A stretch of DNA of 64,000 bases, taken from NCBI GenBank assembly GCA_044892525.1, contig CM097888.1:89838001-89902000 (forward strand). Reading direction: 5' to 3'. The notes below the pieces were generated by a model. It was not told the origin of the DNA. It worked only from the letters and a program-made list of their open reading frames with translations, and did not search any database. Both the position numbers and the translations under genes were made by a program. The number at the start of each line of letters is the position of its first letter. Within the stretch, counting starts at the first letter, position 1. Below are positions 1-10,482 of this stretch, one piece after another. The stretch is from Schmidtea polychroa (Eukaryota).

Positions 1-2478
1 TATACCGAGCTTTTCAGTTAGCTGTTGAAATAACTGGGATTCAAACTGAGATCCCCTGTCTGTGATTATTGATTTCGGAACACCGTATCTAGAAATCCAA
101 TGTTGCAAAATTGAATTTGCTACAATTTCAGCAGAAATGTTTTTCAGAGGAATAACTTCAAACCAACGCGTTTTCCGGTCAATCATAGTTAATAAGTAAG
201 AAAAACCGCGATCAGAAGGCAAGGGGCCGACCAGGTCGATGTGAAGAATTTCGAACCTATTTCCGGTCGGATAGTGAATCATCTGTGGCTTAGTGTGTCT
301 AGTGATCTTGTGTTGTTGACAACCGATGCACTGACTCACCCACAATTTAATATCGTGCCTCATTGCTGGCCAAACCACATGTGAATGCAATAGGTTAAAG
401 GTAGCCGACAAGCCTGGATGATGTAAGTCGTGAATGGAGTGGAAAGCTAATTTCCGTAAGGAATCGTGCAAAATCGGTCTTAAAACACCTGATAAAGACG
501 AGTCAAAGTGTACTCCGTCCACGATTTCAAGTTTATCGCCAAAAGCAGCTAGATCTTTTGCCGAAGGTGGATTGTCGCGGAGGCACTGTACTGGAAATAT
601 CGGATCGTGCAATATAGCGTTGGTGCTGCGGGAAAGACAGTCTGCAATAACGTTTTCTTTGCCGGCAATGTGGCGTATTTCGCAAGAAAATTCTGAAATA
701 TAACTGATTTGCCTCTGTTGTCGTGGAGATGGGTCTTTCATTCCAAAAAGATAAGTTAGCGGTTTGTGGTCAGTGTAGATGACAAAAGGACGACCTTCAA
801 GCAAGTGCTTGAAATGTTTGATTGAAAGATATATGCCTAAGAGTTCTCGGTCGAAAGCCGAATATTTCCGTTGAGCGGAAGAAAGTTTCTTTGAGAAAAA
901 CTCTAAGGGTTCAGAAATGTCATTATGTAATTGGTGTAATACTGCACCAATAGCAACGTTTGATGCATCAGTGGTCAGACTCCAAGGTAAATCAGCATTG
1001 GGAAAATGGAGTGTTTGAATTTTCGAAAGTGCCGACTTAGCGTTTTCAAATGCACTGAGTGTGGTATCGCTCCATGACACTAAAGACTTTTTTGGTTTTG
1101 AGACGAGACCTGAAAGAGGTGACAAAATGTCAGAAACCCCTGGAATAAAACGATGACAATAGTTTATCGTTCCCAAAAAACTTCTCAGTTGTGAAACTGT
1201 TTTTGGAAGTGGGAATTTGGCTATGGTATCTAGTCTATCCGGAGGAGGTCGGATTCCATCTGCGGAAATTAAATGTCCCAGGAAACGAGTCTCGTGTTGG
1301 AAGAAGGTACACTTATCGACGTTTACCTTAAGGTTGTATTGCCGAAGTGCTGTTAAAGTTCTTGTTAGATGGGTTATATGCGTCTCTAAGTCAGGTGATC
1401 CGATTAAAATGTCGTCTATGTATGGAACTGCGAAAGGTAGGTCCATTAAGACTTGATCAATATACCTTTGAAAGGTCTGTGCAGAATTCCGAAGGCCAAA
1501 TGGCATATGCACGTACTCGAAAAGTCCGATCGGAGTTATTACGGCTGTTTTTTCTATGTCAGACTCTCGCACGGGTATCTGATGGTACGCCTTCACGAGG
1601 TCGATTGTGGAGAAAATCTTTGCCTTTGAAAGACGGTGAAGGATATCACTAACAAGCGGCATGCTATAGGAATCATGTACCGTAATAGCATTAAGGTTTC
1701 GATAGTCGCCACACGGACGGAAAGTGCCATCTTTTTTTGGGACCAGGTGCAATGGCGATGACCATGGAGATTTAGATCTCCGAATGGTACCCTCATGTAA
1801 GAGGTTAGTGAACTCGGAACGTACAAATTCGAGTTTTTCATTCGACAGTGGTCTAATTTTGCATCTAACTGGTAAAGATGAAGTTGTGTCGATCGTGTGG
1901 CAGTAAAGCGGCTTCGAAACGTCACTTATTGGCGTGTTAAAACACCTATTAATAATATCTACGGCTATTTTTGGGTGTTCGATTGTTATAACCGTTTTCG
2001 ACGGAGTAGTATTTATATCGTCCGTTCCTATCCGTTGTGGATCTTCAAAGATGTTTGAGGGAATAGTGCTGCAGTTTAATTGGTTATTTATCCTTAAAGT
2101 GCGTCCACGGCAATCGACGAGTAGTTCGTTAGCGCTTAAAAAATCAGATCCTAATATGGGGATAATAACCTCTGCTATATAAAATTTCCACTCAAATAAT
2201 TGGTCGGACAGAAATGGCAACGAGAAAGCAATTGTCTTTGAACCTAAAGTCTCAACAACACTACCGTTTGCGGCCTTCAAAGAAATATCGACAGTGTTGA
2301 GGTCTGGAAGGTACTCTTTAGGTAAGATCGACAAGCTGGAACCAGTGTCGACAAGGAATTTTAGTCTGTTGGAAGGAGACGACAATATATTAAAAGCGTT
2401 TGACTCTGCTTCTATTAAAAATAAATCTGATTTTGATGAAATTTTGCCTCCCACCTCTGCCGCTAGAAGTGGTGGCAT
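1..2478 (-). CDS. pol: pol polyprotein (protease, RT, RNase H, integrase), 3'-partial; predicted to be expressed by -1 frameshift from ORF1
   Basis: All motifs fall in one frame (codon starts divisible by 3): KFLVDTGSS (2341-2352), [10 protein letters not shown] (1411-1422), [13 protein letters not shown] (about 969), [16 protein letters not shown], integrase HHCC and [19 protein letters not shown]. Absent from the ORF track, consistent with no stop before the window edge; I spot-checked the frame, not every codon. Confidence 0.92.
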   Translation of the reverse strand, partial: MPPLLAAEVGGKISSKSDLFLIEAESNAFNILSSPSNRLKFLVDTGSSLSILPKEYLPDLNTVDISLKAANGSVVETLGSKTIAFSLPFLSDQLFEWKFYIAEVIIPILGSDFLSANELLVDCRGRTLRINNQLNCSTIPSNIFEDPQRIGTDDINTTPSKTVITIEHPKIAVDIINRCFNTPISDVSKPLYCHTIDTTSSLPVRCKIRPLSNEKLEFVRSEFTNLLHEGTIRRSKSPWSSPLHLVPKKDGTFRPCGDYRNLNAITVHDSYSMPLVSDILHRLSKAKIFSTIDLVKAYHQIPVRESDIEKTAVITPIGLFEYVHMPFGLRNSAQTFQRYIDQVLMDLPFAVPYIDDILIGSPDLETHITHLTRTLTALRQYNLKVNVDKCTFFQHETRFLGHLISADGIRPPPDRLDTIAKFPLPKTVSQLRSFLGTINYCHRFIPGVSDILSPLSGLVSKPKKSLVSWSDTTLSAFENAKSALSKIQTLHFPNADLPWSLTTDASNVAIGAVLHQLHNDISEPLEFFSKKLSSAQRKYSAFDRELLGIYLSIKHFKHLLEGRPFVIYTDHKPLTYLFGMKDPSPRQQRQISYISEFSCEIRHIAGKENVIADCLSRSTNAILHDPIFPVQCLRDNPPSAKDLAAFGDKLEIVDGVHFDSSLSGVLRPILHDSLRKLAFHSIHDLHHPGLSATFNLLHSHVVWPAMRHDIKLWVSQCIGCQQHKITRHTKPQMIHYPTGNRFEILHIDLVGPLPSDRGFSYLLTMIDRKTRWFEVIPLKNISAEIVANSILQHWISRYGVPKSIITDRGSQFESQLFQQLTEKLGI

Positions 2479-2490
2479 TATAAGTTTTTT
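2446..2490 (-). promoter_or_regulatory. -1 programmed ribosomal frameshift signal (gag-pol)
   Basis: Slippery heptamer A AAA AAC (2484-2490) in the gag frame, 7-nt spacer, then hairpin GCC-A-CCACTTCT/AGAGGTGG-GA-GGC (2446-2476). The -1 frame is the pol frame. Confidence 0.8.
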
Positions 2491-5219
2491 TGATTGTTTG
2501 CTTTAGGTTTTGTGTAATTGGAGCAGCCTTCGAAGCATTTTAAGGCTTTATCTCCAAACCTGTCGTGGTATATACACTTGTCAAGTATCTGACAGGATGG
2601 TGCTTTATCTCGCCAATTGCAACCTAAATGGCAGAACCGTGCCTTGTTACGAAACTTAAAATGGAAACGGCACAGGTTCCTGGTTGCAGGTGAAGGTGAA
2701 CGTTGACGAGTATTTTGCACCAAGTGTGATTTTTGGGCATATTGCCTGTCGTCATTTGTCCGCCTGCTGGACATGCTATTCTCAAGCTCGCTGATGCGTT
2801 TAGTGAGGCCTGTAATAGCGCAAAGTAAAGCTTCTTCGGTCGAAGGTTTTAAAGAAGAAGAAGGTAAAATTTCGGGGTTAGTGCTGCTACTTAACTGCAC
2901 AGAGCAAGTTGGTTGCGGACCAAGTGGCACGACTTCGTTAATCTTGTCGGCCATCTTTGCTAGCTCTACCACGTCTGCTGTTGACGAAAGCGCTAAAATT
3001 TGTTGTGCGTGTGGCGGTAAAGCAGACAGAAAAAATTGCCTCAAGAGTTTTTGATCCGCCGCAGCCTCCGGGTGTATTTGCGTTAGTTCCGCCATAGCGT
3101 GTTGCAAGAACTGTGATGGTTTTCTGCTGCCCAAAGTTTGCGTCTTGAAGTATTTAGTGAAGACGGCAGCTGTAGGTTCCTTAAAAATATCGAGGAATGC
3201 CGTACGCAATTCTTCATATGGGTTTTTTACGCTAGTAGGCGAAGTGCGAAGGATCACGGACGAAAGTTTACTTAATATCGTCGGCGGAATCAACGGCAAG
3301 ATGCGACAGTATTTGTCTCGTGAACTGGTTACCTCGATTCCCTCGAGTACTAGTTCGGTAGCTATCAGCCAAGTAATTGGAGAGTTATTCTCATCCAAAA
3401 AATATTGACATAAGTACGTTGATCGCTGGTTGTTGGACCTACGCTTATGTTTTGCCTGTTTGGGGTTGCTGCCTGAGTCATTCTCCGAATCGGAGGAACC
3501 GCCAGAAAGTGGCAACAAACAATGAATGACGCTGTATGGTGTCACTCCATAGTCGCCCAAGGTACGACTGTCGGAAAGGATGTTGCCGTTATACGACAAG
3601 AGAAAACGGCATTTGTGATTAGTCAATGTGCTGTAATTTTTAGAAAGACCTTTAATTGTAGTGTCTGTGTCAACTGAAACGGTTTGTGTCTTATTTGTTC
3701 CAGGGTTTTCTATTAATATTTGGAACTTTTTGGGCCCCGGTGCGGCGCTACCCTCTCGTGTGGGCTGATGCTTATTTAAATAATTTTTTATAATTTTATA
3801 TATGATATCAATAATAATATAAATCAATAATAATATAGTATAATTTAATAATAATATAATAATATAATTTAGAGGTAATCGATCTAAGGTACCTGGCGGT
3901 GCTGACACGGGCATTGCTTGATTGAGTCTCGATTCGCTGGGAGACGGTTTATTATCGTGAATAAATGGCTGTCCCGGTGCACGAGAGTTTAATGTGAAAA
4001 AATCATTATTCTGTTGCATTAAGAATTCATTTGGATTTGGTCGAAGCATGATGCGTTGTGGGGCTGTGTGTAAGACATCACTCGTTAGCAATTTGTTATT
4101 TGGTATATAATTATTGATCGGAGTCATTTTTTGACGATTTTCAACGGCAATCATCTCAGCCAATGCTTGCCGGGAAACATTAATCGAATCAAAATCTATA
4201 TCGGCTGTATCTTTATATTTCTGATCGTAATGTGAGTTCGGTTTCTCCGAGCCAAATATGCGATTTATATCCATTTCGTTTCGATACTGATACTGACCGT
4301 AGTTAAGCACACCGTTGTTGTTTGCCTGTTGATTGATGTTGTGATCGTATGACTGATTATTATTGTTGTTATTGTTGATTGCGGCGTGGTTTTGAGAATT
4401 TAACTGGTAGAAACTTTCCAGCAGAGAATTCGACGAACCAACTGAATTCAAACTGTTCATAAATGATTTCTGATCTGAAAGCCGTGACAGGGGAGATGTA
4501 GAATTCAGTGTACTGTGGAATTCAGTAATATCATTACCAGCTGAGCTATTGAAAGCACTGAATAGGGGAAATTCGGATTTAGTATCCGATGATTCAGATT
4601 GTAATTGAATACTTTTCTTGATAAATTTGAAAGACGATTTATTTATCGGGTCAGCAATTTGAAATTGACCATTTGGAATATGATTATTATCTGTGATATT
4701 TGCAGGGGTCGAAATGGAATCACCTAGAACGACTACGGGATCCAAAGAATCACGATCTGGAATTGTCTGAGTTAATTTGATATACTCTTCTCGATTCGAT
4801 GACAAAAAACAGGAATGAGCAATTATCAATTGATCTATCAGCCTATCAATATCATGGGATATAGGATTAAATTTTGATGAAAGTTTTAATTCAGAAAATA
4901 TTTTGGAAAGCATATGGAACATATGTTGACGTAATTCCGCTGTTCGTTTATGAGAAACTAACATAGATTGTATTTCCTGTAATCTGGATTTAGCAATGAT
5001 ATTAGATAAATAAGTTTCTAATTGTTCAAATCTTGAACATTGTTCTGGCACTTCTGACACCAATGTTGTGGTTGGCGTAGTCCTTTCTGGTAATTTGGCA
5101 ATCGCACGATGATAGGTTTCGCGAGTAATCCAAAATCTGGGATCAAGATTTTTTAGATTTTCTGTGTCTTCTTGAAAACTTCCGAGAATCATGAAAATTG
5201 ATTTAGAAAACGGGAACAT
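2478..5219 (-). CDS. gag: ORF1, 913 aa: about 500-aa unknown N-terminal extension, hydrophobic stretch, ubiquitin-like domain (aa 499-574) and CsRn1-type Gag with two CHCC knuckles
   Basis: Gag core (PITWL...DKYC...PYEELR...[10 protein letters not shown]...FLSALP...LAKMADKI); knuckles CRFH-x9-C-x3-C (2619-2672) and CIYH-x9-C-x3-C (2523-2576); Ubl at 3498-3725. The first ATG lies inside the LTR, so the true start may be further downstream. Confidence 0.88.
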   Translation of the reverse strand: MFPFSKSIFMILGSFQEDTENLKNLDPRFWITRETYHRAIAKLPERTTPTTTLVSEVPEQCSRFEQLETYLSNIIAKSRLQEIQSMLVSHKRTAELRQHMFHMLSKIFSELKLSSKFNPISHDIDRLIDQLIIAHSCFLSSNREEYIKLTQTIPDRDSLDPVVVLGDSISTPANITDNNHIPNGQFQIADPINKSSFKFIKKSIQLQSESSDTKSEFPLFSAFNSSAGNDITEFHSTLNSTSPLSRLSDQKSFMNSLNSVGSSNSLLESFYQLNSQNHAAINNNNNNNQSYDHNINQQANNNGVLNYGQYQYRNEMDINRIFGSEKPNSHYDQKYKDTADIDFDSINVSRQALAEMIAVENRQKMTPINNYIPNNKLLTSDVLHTAPQRIMLRPNPNEFLMQQNNDFFTLNSRAPGQPFIHDNKPSPSESRLNQAMPVSAPPGTLDRLPLNYIIILLLNYTILLLIYIIIDIIYKIIKNYLNKHQPTREGSAAPGPKKFQILIENPGTNKTQTVSVDTDTTIKGLSKNYSTLTNHKCRFLLSYNGNILSDSRTLGDYGVTPYSVIHCLLPLSGGSSDSENDSGSNPKQAKHKRRSNNQRSTYLCQYFLDENNSPITWLIATELVLEGIEVTSSRDKYCRILPLIPPTILSKLSSVILRTSPTSVKNPYEELRTAFLDIFKEPTAAVFTKYFKTQTLGSRKPSQFLQHAMAELTQIHPEAAADQKLLRQFFLSALPPHAQQILALSSTADVVELAKMADKINEVVPLGPQPTCSVQLSSSTNPEILPSSSLKPSTEEALLCAITGLTKRISELENSMSSRRTNDDRQYAQKSHLVQNTRQRSPSPATRNLCRFHFKFRNKARFCHLGCNWRDKAPSCQILDKCIYHDRFGDKALKCFEGCSNYTKPKANNQKNL
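5049..5062 (-). promoter_or_regulatory. Primer-binding site complementary to the tRNA-Leu 3' end
   Basis: TGGTGTCAGAAGTG, one base after the LTR-terminal CA; matches the known tRNA-Leu PBS prefix TGGTGTCAGAAGTGGG over 14 nt. Confidence 0.85.
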
Positions 5220-6409
5220 GTCCGATTATACAATTTCAATAAGCTGTTATTAATACGATCAGGATAAGTATATTATTTCAAAATCAAAATCCAAATATAG
5301 CGATCAAGATTGAAAACGAATTATAATTCTCAAAAAACAACTACAATTGTAATATTTTAAAACACCCAGTTTATTCATTTAACTAAAACAAAAGAGATTT
5401 AAATCAATTGTGTATAAATTTTAGAAAAGTAATTAAAACTGGAACAACTGAATTGGCAGTAATTAATATAGAAATAATTTTCTAGGTAAGCAATCAAATG
5501 TAGGAAAGCGAAAATTATTACTAGAATTTCATGAAAGATTGCGGTATTAAAATGAAGTAAAATAAGAACAGACTAAATAACTGGTTTAGATTTATTAATT
5601 TCTTCTTTTATATCTAATTCATTGATAGGGAGCGACCAATAGTTGACATCGATATAATCCTCCAAAGCATAATCAATACCCAAATTTGCCGAGTATTGAT
5701 TGGAATTGAAAGAATTGGTCGGCGACATCGAAAAGATTTCCATAACTCGTTGACCACTTTTGACAGTATTCGTTTTTCAATGAACCTTCAGGATTGACAG
5801 TAAATATCCGTTTCGGATCTATTCCGACAGCTTGGTAAGCAATGACGTCGTTGATACTGTTACCGAAACCGGCATACAGAGGATGGACACAATCGGAAAA
5901 AAGTGATCGAACATCATTTAGACATCATTGGATTTTGAAATATTCCGGTTTCTTTTCAATGACTTCTCGATGCAATGATTGGAAAAGCGATGTTGGCGAA
6001 AGAAGAATCGGGTCTTCTGGAAGTTTATCGGAAAACTCCTGGACGATATCCTGGAGAAACGTTCGAGTAATTCCTGCTTGTCCGACAGCTCGTGCGGATA
6101 AATAAATGAATCGATAGTTGTTTTGAAAGATTTTGTTTTACAGTTTCACTACTCCAGCTTGCGTCCAATCACGGCCTGGTATTGGTAGAACATGGCATCG
6201 AATTTTCTTTACTCGTCTGAGATTGATCAATAGAGCCTGATTGATAAGTAGAAGTATTAGCTGATCGCACGAATTTTGATTGACTATAATTGTGCTCTGA
6301 TTGGTCCTTATTCGTTGGTGACCGCGCATTTATATATATAATATAATATAATATAATATAGTATAATAGGTATATAGATATTGTGAAGGCCGTGTAACGG
6401 CTCACTACA
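5064..6409 (-). repeat. 5' LTR, 1346 bp
   Basis: Termini TGTAGTG / CACAACA (6 of 7 inverted match), immediately followed by the PBS; TATATAAA (about 6329-6337), CCAAT motifs, and AATAAA at 5370-5375. The partner LTR is outside the window. Confidence 0.78.
5573..6197 (-). pseudogene. LPIN: Lipin (phosphatidate phosphatase, C-LIP/LNS2 domain) C-terminal fragment, intronless and disabled, located inside the LTR
   Basis: Translation: [39 protein letters not shown]...[37 protein letters not shown]...PLYAGFGNSINDVIAYQAVGIDPKRIFTVNPEG...DVADQFF/...DVNYWSLP. Stops at 6138-6140 and 5925-5927, one frameshift near 5710; the DxDxT catalytic motif is missing. Confidence 0.9.
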
Positions 6410-7094
6410 CTAACCACTTCGAAATAGAATTAGGAAAAACTGCTATTTACCAAATTTCAAATGTTAAAAATTTTGTTTCTAATAATAATAGATTACTGTT
6501 AATATATAAGTAGTATATCGATAAATAAAATGAAAGAAATTTAAGTCAATTTTAATTTAAATTCAACAATTACCACATAAAGATTTTTTGAAGGTATGAT
6601 AGACAAGAATTACCATTAATTTTGAACATCATTAATGTAGATTATTGTTAGATCGAAAAGTTTTATAAAGGTTTTATTGGGTAAATCTTGGACTAATTCG
6701 TTGAGATAAGGACAAACCAATCGACAATTTAGTCATCGCGTCTACTTTAAATGCACCGATTGACTTTCAAACATCACAAATGTCATGAAGGAATGTAACA
6801 AGTTTATCCTTTTTTCATTAACACCCCAAGTTTCGTAACATTCCTACTAATAAAGTTCACAAGAAATAATAGCATAAATTTTATAAATAGATTTTCAAAT
6901 CTGCTATTCTCAGAATTGTTTGGGTAGGCACATTTCCGGTAAACATCAGCAAGTTAAGAGGGGAAAAAATATTAGAACACTTCAAAGTTTAATATTTTTT
7001 AAATGCGTCCATCAAAGTTAATTTATAAAAATGCAACAGGAAGCGAAATTTTTCACAAAATATAAATATGAATCTTAACGCTAATTATTTCTTT

Positions 7095-7303
7095 NNNNNN
7101 NNNNNNNNNNNNNNNNNNNNNNNNNNNNNNNNNNNNNNNNNNNNNNNNNNNNNNNNNNNNNNNNNNNNNNNNNNNNNNNNNNNNNNNNNNNNNNNNNNNN
7201 NNNNNNNNNNNNNNNNNNNNNNNNNNNNNNNNNNNNNNNNNNNNNNNNNNNNNNNNNNNNNNNNNNNNNNNNNNNNNNNNNNNNNNNNNNNNNNNNNNNN
7301 NNN
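7095..7303. other. Assembly gap (209 N)
   Basis: Run of N. Confidence 1.
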
Positions 7304-7405
7304 GCAATGATAAAATATTTACCGTTGGGGATTTAGTCGTCAACTTTAAATATATTACTGCAAAAAAAAGAATGAAAAAATTTTTTATGATTAGTTCCTA
7401 ATTGC

Positions 7406-7470
<65 letters not shown>
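7406..7470. repeat. (AAT)n microsatellite
   Basis: Perfect AAT run. Confidence 0.97.
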
Positions 7471-7473
<3 letters not shown>

Positions 7474-9723
7474 TCATGAAAAATCATGAAACGTAATATA
7501 ATGATAAAAATTGTAGGGAAACATTATGGAATCTGAGTCCTATTTATTTGACTCATTTGAGGAAACTCGTATAGAAATGAGGAATACATTAAAATCTCAG
7601 CAGACTGCGACTGCTTTTGTTTTCTCTCTCCCAGTTCCGCTTGACGTGTTAATTACTCCATTGTAGCCAGCCGGCGAGCGGCGCACAGAGTTACCCTAGC
7701 TCCCAACCTTTAATGGAACAATAACTCAATTAGCAAACGCGTTGTCATTTATCTGAAAAAACAAAAAAAAATACAACTTTCTATCCGAAGCATTTGAAAG
7801 GCAACAAAAATGAAATTGTTATTTTAGCCGGTATTGCTGGTTGTCAACGCTCGAATTTCCTACTGGAATATCGTCATAAAATCTGCCTTATTTTGCCGAC
7901 TATCTCGCATGATCACGTTTGAGCTTGTATTATGAGTATTAATTATCCTTTCGATATTAATCTACCGATGAGATCGGTTTACATCTCGGCTGAAATAATT
8001 TTGTACACATTTCTCCCTCAATGGCAAAACTCAATGTCAAATCTCCTCATCCTGCCGAATGGGAACAATGATTTGCACTCGCCTCGTACTCTCTACCGTC
8101 GACAGGTACTAATGATTCTTGTCTCTTTCAGACCGAGATGACAACAGAAAAAATAGTCGTTGTCGTATATTGAAACCGGTCTTGATGTTCTCGTCGATGA
8201 AAATGGGCTAATTAAAATCGAAATTGAGTTTTCCATCTCATTTACCGACCAACGAAGAAAAGACATATTTTCCTCCCGCGCTTCTCGACTGGGAATGAAT
8301 AATTGTTGCATATTTGATGATAATTGGGAATAATGGTAATTAACCTTTGACTCGTTTCTAATGCTGCAAACTTACCGACCAGTTTGAGCGGAGGGGGGGG
8401 GGGGCAATAATGTTTCATGAAATTCGCAAATGACACAATCGATGAAATGTGCCTCCCCATCGAATTGCAGAAATTAGGAAATAATTTATATTAAGAGAAA
8501 AATACTCAATTAATTGCCTCATATGTTTTTTGTCGGGAAATCATTTAGCTAGAAGGTTTATGAATTATAAAAACACTTTTAAGGGTTCACAACTTATTTA
8601 TTGAAAGATTGCAAGGAAAGGGAGAGGGGAGAATTCATTTGAGGAGATAAATATAAAACAAAAGAAAAATTGCAAGTGATTTTCATAATTAACTCTTTCG
8701 CACCGACTTTCCGCTAATGACACTATGCTAAATTTATATATTGGAACTTGTTAATATTGACCTAAATATGAAATATTCTCATTTTTGTAATCGTGGCGCT
8801 TCTGAATATCCTAGAAAGTCCTGGGATAATAAGTCCCAATAGGCTTTATGGACCATTTGAAAATATCCCAGTAGGATCATGATGAAAGTTTCTGGGACGT
8901 ATTGTCCCAATAGGGGCGAAAGGGTTAAAGTGCTTTGAATGGTTTGTGAATTTACAAATATAATCACATGGAAAATGCTTGGGACAAAATATGCTTAGGA
9001 CATTTGGGAACTATTGTCAAGTAACTCTAAAACAGAATATAAAACCTTATCATGCTCTCCATTATTGAAAACTCCTCTGATAAAACAATATATTTTGAAA
9101 TAAAATATTTAAAATATTAACACAACTTAGTTGAATAACCCTAGGGTCCGCCATTTTGATTTGTGAAATATGTTGGCGTATGAGGGAGAAGAAAACTGTA
9201 CATACATAACCGTCGTACATGCAAGACCTCATCGTTTAGCTCAAACACTTCCCATGCATACTCCAAATGATCATCCGAATATTCCCACGCATGAGCCCGT
9301 GGTGATGTTCCACGTTGGTACTGCCCACACGGGTTGGAGTTGGCTAACAGGTGAGCCCCTACCTTAGGACTACTGATAACCCACTCGCGGTTCAGGTTCT
9401 AAGGTGCCTCAGAAGGACTTACCCGTATTCCCATAGGTAACTTGGTTCGATCCTGGTCCAAGGGAACGACCATCGATAAGATTTATCTGCACTCCCCATC
9501 ACATTCATCATCTACTCACATCACTCCGTCATACCTGTCGACAACTATCAAACAAAGAAAATCACCTAATTATATTAAACTCAACACAAAACGATATTCT
9601 ACAATCATAAATTGTCAGCATGCAAGTCAATTACACATATATGAAGGTAAAATCAGTGAGTCTAAATGTACAGGTGGGTTTGTCATTTGATCTAAAGAGT
9701 CGGAATCGATGCAAGCCGCGTTA

Positions 9724-10482
9724 TTAGAAAACGTCTCCTTCCGCGAATATTTCATCGATGTCTACCGGTAGGCGGTGGTCCGAGACGAATTTGATACCTT
9801 CGGCCGGTACCACTCGAAAAACTTCCTTGGAGGGAACAGTATGAGTGGAAGAGATTTCCTGGATCGTCGACTTCGCCGCCGATAGCGACGCTTCTAGGGC
9901 TGCCATCGCCTCTCTGCGCTTTTGGTTCTTTGCCGCTCGAGTTGGGCGTTTCCGTTTCCGGGATGGCTGATTAGCCTCCACTACCGGGGTATTGCCCGAG
10001 GCCACAAGAACTGGGGCCAGAATAGGATCAGACGAGCCGCCGGACATTGGAAGATAACCTGACAAGATTGGGGCTGGTACGGGTGGTAAATGAGAGCTAT
10101 GTCCTTGGCAACTCGTGGCAGATGGTCGGGATAACTGGTGGTGGAGTGGGAAAACGTTTGTCCCATCCACGACGGGAAATTCCCGTACCCGCTTGGCTAA
10201 TTCTGCCTCCGTATAGACCTTGTGGAGGGCTTCTGACTGGGCTTTGATTGTGAGCCGTTGGCAACGACTTTCCTCCAACAGGCTATCCCTGCAATGCTCT
10301 AGTCGCAGTATTTTACTACGCTCCTCCTTCATTTGTGGCGGGGAGAACCACGTACCTTCGTAAAGGTCAATTCTCTTTTTCAGTGCCCCGATGTAGAGTT
10401 GAAGCTGCGCGATGTCAGCATTTTTATCAGCGCAGGAAAGACAAGGGCGAAGAGCATTTCCAGATTGGATGGGTGTAGTCAT
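9724..10482 (-). CDS. Orphan intronless 252-aa ORF: CxxC, predicted coiled coil, Pro-rich linker with LPMSGGSSD, basic NLS-like stretch; probably belongs to a mobile element
   Basis: Long stop-free ORF, more GC-rich than its flanks; RPCLSC, heptad-like IAQLQLYIGALKKRI, SRKRKRPTRAAKNQKRR. No family recognised. Confidence 0.55.
   Translation of the reverse strand: MTTPIQSGNALRPCLSCADKNADIAQLQLYIGALKKRIDLYEGTWFSPPQMKEERSKILRLEHCRDSLLEESRCQRLTIKAQSEALHKVYTEAELAKRVREFPVVDGTNVFPLHHQLSRPSATSCQGHSSHLPPVPAPILSGYLPMSGGSSDPILAPVLVASGNTPVVEANQPSRKRKRPTRAAKNQKRREAMAALEASLSAAKSTIQEISSTHTVPSKEVFRVVPAEGIKFVSDHRLPVDIDEIFAEGDVF

Larger units (their letters stand above)
1..6409 (-). mobile_element. Ty3/gypsy LTR retrotransposon, CsRn1-like; 5' LTR, PBS, ORF1 (Ubl-Gag) and pol; 3' part runs off the window
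   Basis: Minus strand: LTR TGTAGTG(6409)...CACAACA(5064), then PBS TGGTGTCAGAAGTG, gag with two CX2HX9CX3C knuckles, and pol domains in the order PR-RT-RNaseH-IN. Confidence 0.93.

Noticed and set aside
434-3408. Short plus-strand ORFs over the gypsy element
   Set aside because: Antisense shadows of pol and gag.
3765-3892. AT-rich stretch in ORF1 as an intron (CAG|GTACC...AAATAAG or CATCAG)
   Set aside because: Candidate lengths of 122 and 128 nt are not multiples of 3, so splicing would break the frame into Ubl-Gag. ATT-type repeats are stop-free on this strand anyway, so the stretch is kept as coding; its transmembrane role is uncertain.
6316-6326. TGGTGACCGCG resembling a tRNA-Trp PBS
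   Set aside because: It is on the opposite strand to gag-pol, is not preceded by an LTR-terminal CA, and a better PBS exists at 5049-5062.
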